Source: Halogeometricum borinquense DSM 11551
GTDB lineage: Archaea > Halobacteriota > Halobacteria > Halobacteriales > Haloferacaceae
Length of the DNA stretch: 32,000 bases
Assembly (NCBI RefSeq): GCF_000172995.2
Contig: NC_014729.1
Span: 1,560,001 to 1,592,000, forward strand
Reading direction: 5' to 3'
Shown in pieces: positions 8,536 through 14,963 of the stretch (position 1 is its first letter; each line of letters starts with the position of its first letter). Position numbers and translations under genes: made by a program. The notes under the pieces were generated by a model. It did not search any database. It was not told the origin of the DNA and saw only the letters and a program-made list of their open reading frames with translations.

Positions 8536-9726
8536 ATGAGCACGCAGGTCGTCGTCCTCGGCTCCGGCTATGCAGGCACCGGTGCCGTCAAACGGCTCGA
8601 AGAGGAACTCGGTCCCGACGCGGAACTCACGTGGGTTTCGGAGAACGACTACCATCTCGTCCTCCACGAGGTTCACCGCTGCATCCGCGAACCCAGCGCC
8701 GAGTCCAACGTTGCGATTCCAATCGACGAAATCAAAGAACCCCAGACGGAGTTCGTCAAGGGGCACGTCGAGAACATCGACGTCGAAGACCGCGTCGTCG
8801 AACTCGAAGACGGGGACGTCGAGTACGACTACCTTCTCGTCTGTCTCGGGTCGGCGACGGCCTTCTACGGTATCGAGGGACTGCAGGAGTTCTCTCACGA
8901 ACTGAAGAGCCTCGACGACGCCCGCGAGATTCACAGCGACATCAAAGCGGCGGCCGAGGATGCTTCCCGCGACGACCCCGCGAAGGTTATCGTCGGCGGT
9001 GCGGGTCTCTCCGGCATCCAGACTGCAGGCGAAATCGCTGGCTACCGCGACGAACACCGCGCACCCATCGACATCACGCTCGTCGAGGGTCTCGACGAGG
9101 TGTTCCCCGGCAACGACCCCGAACTGCAGGGTGCGCTCCGCAAACGTCTCGAAGCGCGAGACGTCGAAATTCTGACGGGCGACTTCATCTCGAAAGTTGA
9201 CGAAGAGAACGTCTACCTCGGCGGCGGCGAGGACGAGGACCCCGAAGAACTCGATTACGACGTTCTCATCTGGACCGGCGGTATCACGGGCCAAGAGGAA
9301 GTCGCAGACGCGGATATCGAGAAAGACGAGCGTTCGAACCGCATCTTCACGGACGCCGACTTCCAGACGAGCGACGAACGCGTCTTCGCCATCGGCGACT
9401 CCGCGCTCATCGAGCAGGGTACCGACTCCGTCGCGCCGCCGACCGCACAGGCTGCGTGGCAGGCCGCCGAAGTCGCAGGCGAGAACGTCGCGCGCACCGT
9501 GAGAGGACAACCGCTCAAAACGTGGACCCACAACGACAAAGGGACGGTCGTCTCCATCGGTGACGACGCCGTCGCCCACGCGGTCAAACTCCCCGGCCTC
9601 GGCAAGCTTCCCATCAACGTCTTCGGCGGCCCCGCCGCCCGAGCGTTGAAGAAAGGCATCGCCGCGAAGTGGATCTCCGACGTGACCGACGCTCGCCGCG
9701 CCGTCGAGGCGTGGGACAGTCTGTGA
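8536..9726 (+). CDS. ndh: Type II NADH dehydrogenase / FAD-dependent pyridine nucleotide-disulfide oxidoreductase
   Basis: Two Rossmann dinucleotide motifs (VVVLGSGYAGTG, IVGGAGLSGIQTAGE) and FAIGDSA. Start at the ATG at 8536 (MSTQVVVLG), supported by the upstream TATA-like box. Confidence 0.8.
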   Translation: MSTQVVVLGSGYAGTGAVKRLEEELGPDAELTWVSENDYHLVLHEVHRCIREPSAESNVAIPIDEIKEPQTEFVKGHVENIDVEDRVVELEDGDVEYDYLLVCLGSATAFYGIEGLQEFSHELKSLDDAREIHSDIKAAAEDASRDDPAKVIVGGAGLSGIQTAGEIAGYRDEHRAPIDITLVEGLDEVFPGNDPELQGALRKRLEARDVEILTGDFISKVDEENVYLGGGEDEDPEELDYDVLIWTGGITGQEEVADADIEKDERSNRIFTDADFQTSDERVFAIGDSALIEQGTDSVAPPTAQAAWQAAEVAGENVARTVRGQPLKTWTHNDKGTVVSIGDDAVAHAVKLPGLGKLPINVFGGPAARALKKGIAAKWISDVTDARRAVEAWDSL

Positions 9727-9730
9727 ACTG

Positions 9731-9806
9731 CCTCGGGGTCAAGTGGTTCGAGAGACCTCGTCTCTCGTCATCACGGAAATCAAACATTTCCGTATGACCC
9801 CGAGGC
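9731..9806. repeat. Subterminal compound hairpin at the tnpB-proximal (putative right) end of the IS
   Basis: Outer 10-bp stem cctcggggtc (9731-9740) / gaccccgagg (9797-9806) encloses two inner hairpins (cgagaga-cctcg-tctctcg and ggaaat-caaac-atttcc). It shares the 14-nt cctcggggtcaagt and the 11-nt gaccccgaggc with the other end. Confidence 0.7.
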
Positions 9807-9995
9807 TTCCCGTGGTTTAGTCGGACACTCCCACTCGACCATCGGCCTGATAGCCTCGAACAGTCGGGTGGGTCACGGTCGGGGCGTCCACAGCCCCCGA
9901 TGCCTGCCGTCTCAAAGTCGCTTCGCGACTTTGCGGGCTGCACAAGAGCGGAGCTCTTGTGAACGTCGCACCTTCCGAACAACGGGAAGGCTGTT
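9731..9995 (-). ncRNA. Putative TnpB-associated omega-RNA / sotRNA scaffold (3' end of tnpB through the right-end hairpin)
   Basis: A run of consecutive hairpins: 9971-9990, 9941-9961 (9-bp perfect stem), 9913-9933 (9-bp perfect stem overlapping the tnpB stop), 9879-9900, 9810-9878 (nested long stem) and 9731-9806. The position matches where omega-RNAs map in IS200/IS605 elements. Expression and ends were not observable. Confidence 0.35.
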
Positions 9996-11148
9996 GAGAG
10001 CAGGCACATTCCAATCGAGTTTCTTCACACCTTTCACGGCGATATTGACGCTTGCACCACGGTCGCTGTGGTCTTGATGGGAACAGTCCTTGCACTTGAA
10101 CCGCTTCTTGTTTCGGTTCGCACGCTCCGTATTCCCACACATCGGACACCGCTGACTCGTGTACTCAGGGTTAATCCACGCGGTCGGAATCTCCTTGAAC
10201 GACGCCTTGTACGACGTATAGAACTGAAGGGCGCGGAACGGGAGGTGGTGCAAGCGTCGGTTCATCCGCGTGCCGTAGTCGATACTGTCGCGCATCTCTT
10301 TGAGGTCTTCAAAAGACGATACACGGCTTCTCGAACTGACTGCTCCACTCCACGATGTGCCGAGACACCTTGTGGAGTCGGTCGCGGACGAACCGTTCCT
10401 CACGCCCTTCGAGCGTGTCGTGGGTACTGTCTTTCCCCGCGTTCTGGACGCGCTTCCGCATCGTGAAGTAGCGGTGACGCTCGAATTTGATTTCGGGAAA
10501 GTCGATGACCAACGTGTCCTCAACGCCATCCTCGGAGAGTGCGGTGAGAGCCACGTTGTCCTCATTCACGTCTACACCCACGACCGTTCGTGAGTCGTTC
10601 TTGTCTCGAACGGTCTGCTCGGTGTTGGTGACGTTGACGTGCAACTCGGCGTTGTCGTTGTGGAACAAGGCTTCTGCCGTCCCAATCTTCCACCCGTCGC
10701 TTTCGAGTGCGCTCTTGAGAATATCGAGGTGAACGTCACTCCCTTCGAGGACGCCCTTGATGTGGTTGTACGGTTTCGCGCTGATTCGGAACGCCACGTC
10801 ACCGTCGTCGGTGAGCGACAGGTTGTACCCCTCCTCGTAGTTCGCTCGGAGCGGGTACGCACCGTCCTTGGTGTGGCTCGGCAGTCCGAAGTCGTCGTAC
10901 TCGTAGTAGTTCTCCATCGAACCGAGAGCCTTCGAAACGATGCGTTGAGTCGTGTTCTTCACGAGGTTGGCGTCGTCGGCCACGCGGTCAGGAATCACCT
11001 CCCAGTCCACGCCTTCTTTGGCGAGACGGATGGTTTCGTTGTACACCGAGCGTGCTTCGAGTGTGGCGTCATACAGCAGGCTCTCGTTGTCACTCTGGAT
11101 GTTGAGTTGGAAGTCCAGCGTCTTGACGAGAGCCTGTGAGTCGGTCAT
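9912..11148 (-). pseudogene. tnpB: tnpB (IS1341/OrfB-type RNA-guided nuclease) disrupted by a +1 frameshift
   Basis: Two overlapping ORFs (10309-11148 and 9912-10565) join into an approx. 411-aa TnpB if one T is removed from the TTTT run (plus-strand AAAA 10311-10314): ...KPCIVF|EDLKEMRDS.... RuvC-like residues VGVDVN, FEDL and SDRGASVNIA, plus zinc finger CPMCG...CKDC. Confidence 0.85.
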
Positions 11149-11300
11149 TCTTCGTTTTGTTCGGTGGGTTCTGTGGTTCGGACGACTTTCACGTCGGCTC
11201 CACGCCAGCGTTTGGGGACGGTGACGTGGGCACTGTTCCCGAACGGTTTGACTTCACCGTCGAGAACTTCCTCGCCGTCGATTTCAAAGCGATTCGCCAT
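11145..11300 (-). CDS. Small transposon-associated protein, DUF2080 / AbrB-SpoVT-like (51 aa), not in the supplied ORF track
   Basis: Hand translation of the minus strand gives MANRFEIDGEEVLDGEVKPFGNSAHVTVPKRWRGADVKVVRTTEPTEQNEE*. Its TGA overlaps the tnpB ATG (ATGA at 11145-11148). The GNSxxVxVPKxWRG core resembles swapped-hairpin AbrB-like proteins annotated next to haloarchaeal tnpB genes. Confidence 0.6.
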   Translation of the reverse strand: MANRFEIDGEEVLDGEVKPFGNSAHVTVPKRWRGADVKVVRTTEPTEQNEE

Positions 11301-11306
11301 ATCTGT

Positions 11307-11325
11307 GTATATCCTTTGGATATAC
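11307..11325. promoter_or_regulatory. Perfect 8-bp inverted repeat gtatatcc-ttt-ggatatac in the divergent IS promoter region (possible bidirectional TATA or operator)
   Basis: Lies between the small-ORF ATG (11300) and the tnpA ATG (11354). The right arm (ggatatac) is centred about 31 nt upstream of tnpA. It is AT-rich within GC-rich DNA. Confidence 0.4.
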
Positions 11326-11353
11326 TTAACTGTGTTGGTGGAGTGGGTGCGAT

Positions 11354-11752
11354 ATGGGCGAGAAGCGGTCGAATCACACGGTGTACAACGTCAACTACCA
11401 CTTCGTGTGGTGTCCCAAGTACCGAAACGCCATCCTCGAACCAATCGAGAACTCGTTGGAAGCGAGTTTCCGCGACGTGTGCGACGAGTACGGTTACGAG
11501 ATACTGTCGTTGCACATCTCCCCCGACCACGTACACCTGTTCCTTTCTGCCCACCCGAAACACGCGCCAAGCGAGATTGCACGGACTGTCAAGAGCATTA
11601 CGGCGTGAGAGATGTGGGGCCAGCACGAATCGTACTTGGAAGAATATCTGTGGGGTGGTGGATTCTGGGAGCAGTCGTACTACATCGGAACGTCAGGACA
11701 GGTATCAAGCGAGACGATTGAACGGTATATCGAACGAACAGAACACGTCTAA
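11354..11752 (+). pseudogene. tnpA: tnpA (IS200/IS605 Y1 HUH transposase) interrupted by an in-frame TGA
   Basis: N-terminal part with NYHFVWCPKYR and the HUH motif SPDHVHLFL ends at TGA 11606-11608 (...KSITA*). The same frame continues EMWGQHESYLEEYLWGGGFWEQSYYIGTSGQVSSETIERYIERTEHV* to 11752. The catalytic Tyr region lies after the stop, and the lesion is consistent with CGA(Arg) to TGA. Confidence 0.85.
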
Positions 11753-11765
11753 GTGTCGGCTTCAC

Positions 11766-11841
11766 CCTCGGGGTCAAGTCAAGGGAAATCTTCGATTTCC
11801 TGTATCCAGCAAATCGCAGAGCGATTTGCGAGACCCCGAGG
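11766..11841. repeat. Subterminal compound hairpin at the tnpA-proximal (putative left) end of the IS
   Basis: Outer stem cctcggggtc (11766-11775) / gaccccgagg (11832-11841) encloses ggaaatc-ttc-gatttcc and gcaaatcgc-aga-gcgatttgc. It has the same 76-nt length and the same orientation as 9731-9806. Confidence 0.7.
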
Positions 11842-12061
11842 CACTCGCCTTGTTCATCTGTAGACGCAGTTAAGACCCGTTCGGCCGTTTGATTCGTTTC
11901 ATCGTGGGCCGTCTCGGGACGTCTCGACTCGTTTTGTACGCTTTGCTCGCCCAGTGTTCTGTATCGCTAATCGGAAGCATTTGACGCACCGCTGATTTAT
12001 CGGAGCGTCGCAACTCACAGTCGGAGAAACCCGCCCGAATTGGGCGTGTTCGAGAGAAGCC

Positions 12062-12595
12062 TCAGTGAGACGGTTCGCCTTCAGGTGCCCGCATGTCTTC
12101 GATGCGGAGGATAAGGATGTTGCTCGTGTCATCTTTGCCATCAACAATGCCTTCGACAACGAGCTTCGAGAGAGGCGTCGGACCGACGCGCACCTCGTCG
12201 CCTTCGTGGAATTCGCGGACGGATCCCTGTACGTGAATCTCCGCACGGCAGAGTTCGGGGTGGTGAACCGACGAGAGGTCGACCTCGTCAACGTTCACGC
12301 CTTCGACGGGTTCGCCGTTGTGGAACAGCGGAACCGACGCGGGCTCGTCCATCTGCTCGACGTCGAGTGCCTCGTAGGCGTTCGCCGTCGGCTTGTAGCC
12401 GCCCTTGGGACCGGGGACACCCTCGACCAGTTGGAGCGCTTTGAGGCTCTGCATCTGGTTCCGGATGGTTCCGGGGTTGCGGTTTACCTCCTCTGCGATG
12501 TCTTCGCCTTTGACAGCGTCCTCTGTTTGCCTGTAGAGGTTGATGAGTGCCGTCAGAATCGTCTTCTGACTGGACGTCAGTTCAATTGATGACAT
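12062..12595 (-). CDS. Winged-helix/HTH transcriptional regulator with a C-terminal beta-rich domain (conserved haloarchaeal type, target unknown)
   Basis: 177 aa. The N-terminal LTSSQKTILTALINLYRQTEDAVKGEDIAEEVNRNPGTIRNQMQSLKALQLVEG looks like a wHTH. No ligand domain was recognised. Confidence 0.7.
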   Translation of the reverse strand: MSSIELTSSQKTILTALINLYRQTEDAVKGEDIAEEVNRNPGTIRNQMQSLKALQLVEGVPGPKGGYKPTANAYEALDVEQMDEPASVPLFHNGEPVEGVNVDEVDLSSVHHPELCRAEIHVQGSVREFHEGDEVRVGPTPLSKLVVEGIVDGKDDTSNILILRIEDMRAPEGEPSH

Positions 12596-12619
12596 GCAGA
12601 AACGTTCGCCGTATACGTC

Positions 12620-12627
12620 CTTAAATC
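12620..12627 (-). promoter_or_regulatory. Candidate TATA box (gatttaag on the minus strand) for the HTH regulator
   Basis: Centred about 28 nt upstream of the ATG at 12595, implying a leaderless transcript. Confidence 0.4.
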
Positions 12628-12767
12628 CGATGGATGGACGGCACGATTACGTCGCCGTACGATAATTTTCGACCATTATTGTGTGATATCTTTTACAAAT
12701 ACACAGTTGGACGAGGTCGATTTTACCTTTCGGTATTGCTTTGTGTCTCCCCGCACCTTCCTGCCAC

Positions 12768-13688
12768 ATGCACGACAAACGCGTACTGGTGACCGGTGGG
12801 GCCGGATTCATCGGCTCGAACCTCGCCAACCATCTCGCCGACTCGAACGAGGTGATCGCCGTTGACGATCTACATCTTGGGACGCCGGAGAACCTCTCGT
12901 CTGCCGTCGAATTCGTCGATGCCAGCGTTCTTGACGACGATTTACCGACCGAGGGAATCGATGTGCTGTTCCATCTCGCGGCGTACTCCTCGTACACGAT
13001 GGCAGAGGAGAACAAGCGGGCGGCAACACGGGTGAACGTCGAGGGATTCGTCAACGCCGTCGAACAAGCCCGCGAAGACGGCTGTGAAACCGTCGTCTAC
13101 GCCTCTACATCCTCTATCTACGGGTCTCGGACCGAGCCCTCACCCGAAGACATGCCAGTCGAGGCGCGGACGTGTTACGAGGCGTCGAAACTCGCCCGCG
13201 AGCAGTACGGCGAGTACTTCCATCACCACTACGACATGACGCTCGCCGGCCTGCGCTTTTTCTCGGTGTATCAGGGCTACGGCGGCGCAGAAGAACACAA
13301 AGGCGAGTACGCCAACACTGTCGCCCAGTTCGCACACAAGATTGCCAACGGCGAGCGACCGGAACTGTTCGGCGACGGATCCCAGACGCGCGACTTCACG
13401 CACGTCAACGACATCGTTCGCGGTATCGAACTTGCTGCGGACCACCGCCTACAGGGCATCTACAATCTCGGAACTGGCGAATCGTACGATTTCAACACGA
13501 TGGTTCGTCTCATCAACGAGGAACTCGGGACGGATGTCGAACCGAAGTACATCGAGAACCCGCTCGACGTGTACGTCCACGACACGATGGCCGATACGAC
13601 GAAGATACGCGAGGCGACCGGATGGGAACCGAAGATTTCGTTCGAGGAAGGCGTCCAGCGCGTCTGTGAACCGTACCTGGACGACTGA
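12768..13688 (+). CDS. NAD-dependent epimerase/dehydratase (extended SDR, UDP-glucose 4-epimerase-like)
   Basis: VLVTGGAGFIGSNL Rossmann motif and catalytic YEASK (YxxxK). Start taken at the ATG at 12768 (MHDKRVLVTGG) rather than 12741. Confidence 0.85.
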   Translation: MHDKRVLVTGGAGFIGSNLANHLADSNEVIAVDDLHLGTPENLSSAVEFVDASVLDDDLPTEGIDVLFHLAAYSSYTMAEENKRAATRVNVEGFVNAVEQAREDGCETVVYASTSSIYGSRTEPSPEDMPVEARTCYEASKLAREQYGEYFHHHYDMTLAGLRFFSVYQGYGGAEEHKGEYANTVAQFAHKIANGERPELFGDGSQTRDFTHVNDIVRGIELAADHRLQGIYNLGTGESYDFNTMVRLINEELGTDVEPKYIENPLDVYVHDTMADTTKIREATGWEPKISFEEGVQRVCEPYLDD

Positions 13689-13970
13689 GCTACTCGACTG
13701 ACCACCCCAGCGACCGAACCACTCGCCTCAGGTCGCGTCGGTCGGTGAGACGACCGGATCGACATCCTCGTCCTCCAACGCGCCGAGTACGTCGTCTAAT
13801 CGGTCGCCCCCGACGCGCAGTTGCAGAAACCGTATGCTACTTCTTCACTGTGCATCGCAAAAAAGTGCGATGGCTGCTGAAACCTCAGATTTCGACACAT
13901 TCTGTTCCTCATGAATTTTTGTTGGATACAGTTCCGATGCCACTAAAACGCATGCCCAATAGATTCAATC

Positions 13971-14870
13971 ATGAACCAGCACACTCGGATTATCGGTGTT
14001 CCGACCGACTACGGTGCGAACCGACGTGGTGTCGACATGGGCCCCTCCGCACTTCGATATGCGGGTCTCGTCGATGAACTCTCGTCAGCGGGCGTTTCGA
14101 CGGAAGACGCCGGTGATCTCGCGGTCCCACACCATGCGATTCACGACGCCGACGCTGGTGGCGAAAACGCAAAGCACATCAACGAAGTCGAGGAGGTCAC
14201 AACGGCCCTCGCCGACGCCGTCGCCGATGCGCTTTCGGATGAGGTTACGCCGCTCGTTCTCGGCGGCGACCACTCTATCGCCATCGGGTCGATGGTCGGA
14301 AGCGCCCGCGACGCCGATATCGGCGTCGTCTGGTTCGACGCTCACGGCGACTTCAACACGCCCGAAACCTCGCCATCGGGGAACGTTCACGGCATGCCTC
14401 TTGCCGCCGCGCTCGGCATCGGTGACTTCGAGGGCGTCGAGTGGGCCAACGCCCCGCGCCTGAAAGAAGAAAACGTCGCCATCGTCGGCCTCCGCGACGT
14501 CGACGAAAACGAGACCACGGCGATTCAGGACAGCGACGTGACCGCCTACACGATGTCCGATATCGACGAGCGCGGCATCACCGAAGTGACGCAGGACGCT
14601 CTCGATGTCGCCACGAACGGCACCGACGGCGTTCACGTCAGTCTCGACCTCGACTGGCTCGACCCCAGAGAGGCACCCGGCGTCGGGACGCCCGTCCGCG
14701 GCGGTGTAACCTACCGCGAGGCGCACGCGGCGATGGAACTCGTCGCCGAGTCGGGCGCGATGCGCTCGCTCGAACTTGTCGAGGTCAACCCGATCCTTGA
14801 TGAACACAACGAGACGGCCGCAGTAGCGACCGAACTCGCCGCAAGCGGTTTCGGAAAGCGAATTCTCTAG
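13971..14870 (+). CDS. rocF: Arginase (ureohydrolase family)
   Basis: Mn-binding blocks LVLGGDHSIAIG, VWFDAHGDFNTP and VSLDLDWLDP. The N-terminal GVPTDYGANRRGVDMGPSALRYAGL is typical of arginases rather than agmatinases. Confidence 0.85.
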   Translation: MNQHTRIIGVPTDYGANRRGVDMGPSALRYAGLVDELSSAGVSTEDAGDLAVPHHAIHDADAGGENAKHINEVEEVTTALADAVADALSDEVTPLVLGGDHSIAIGSMVGSARDADIGVVWFDAHGDFNTPETSPSGNVHGMPLAAALGIGDFEGVEWANAPRLKEENVAIVGLRDVDENETTAIQDSDVTAYTMSDIDERGITEVTQDALDVATNGTDGVHVSLDLDWLDPREAPGVGTPVRGGVTYREAHAAMELVAESGAMRSLELVEVNPILDEHNETAAVATELAASGFGKRIL

Positions 14871-14963
14871 AACTGTACACACCGTATTTCCGGTGAAGAT
14901 TGCCGTTGCTTTTCTTCTGGTTTGCGCGGTGTCTCACCCCGGAAAAAACGAGTGCCGAGTCAG

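Larger units (their letters stand above)
9731..11841 (-). mobile_element. IS200/IS605-family insertion sequence (tnpB + small ORF divergent from tnpA), degenerate
   Basis: Contains a Y1 HUH transposase gene, an OrfB/TnpB gene and matching 76-nt compound hairpins at both extremities. No terminal inverted repeats of the DDE type, as expected for this family. Exact cleavage sites cannot be set from one copy, so the ends are approximate to about 20 nt. Confidence 0.8.

Noticed and set aside
9731-9806. 76-nt structured unit considered as a tRNA or tRNA-like gene (length 76, contains ggttcgaga).
   Set aside because: There are only two internal hairpins inside a 10-bp outer stem. There is no D-arm/anticodon-arm/T-arm cloverleaf, the ggttcga lies at the 5' rather than the 3' side, and there is no discriminator/CCA context. 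A second copy with different inner hairpins at the other IS end fits transposon ends instead.
11606-11608. In-frame TGA in tnpA as possible programmed recoding (selenocysteine or read-through).
   Set aside because: Haloarchaea are not known to have selenocysteine machinery, and no SECIS-like structure follows. An Arg codon (CGA) is expected here, so a simple C-to-T nonsense mutation is the economical explanation. Read-through cannot be excluded without data.
11136-11873. 245-aa, 185-aa (11164-11721) and 145-aa (11189-11626, minus strand) ORFs spanning the interior of the IS.
   Set aside because: They are out of frame with the recognisable tnpA and the DUF2080-like ORF, and they cross the promoter spacer and the terminal hairpin. 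Their composition is Arg/Ser/Thr-rich with no motifs.
11899-12291. 130-aa minus-strand ORF overlapping the 3' part of the HTH regulator gene and the spacer.
   Set aside because: It is out of frame with the well-formed 177-aa regulator ORF and has Arg/Ser/Thr-rich composition with no motifs. It is a likely shadow frame.
13731-13844. Minus-strand stop-to-stop frame encoding ...LQLRVGGDRLDDVLGALEDEDVDPVVSPTDAT*, with halophile-like acidic composition, in the epimerase-arginase spacer. A small hairpin catcgc-N8-gcgatg lies nearby at 13853-13872.
   Set aside because: The 38-codon frame has no ATG or GTG start and no recognisable family. It may be a remnant of a truncated gene, but that cannot be supported from this window alone.
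14871-14963. tttccgg ... ccggaaa inverted repeat (14887-14893 / 14939-14945) and a T-rich stretch between the convergent arginase and gyrA genes, considered as a bidirectional terminator.
   Set aside because: The stem is only 7 bp with a loop of about 45 nt, and the T-run is interrupted (gcttttcttctgg). It is plausible but too weak to annotate.
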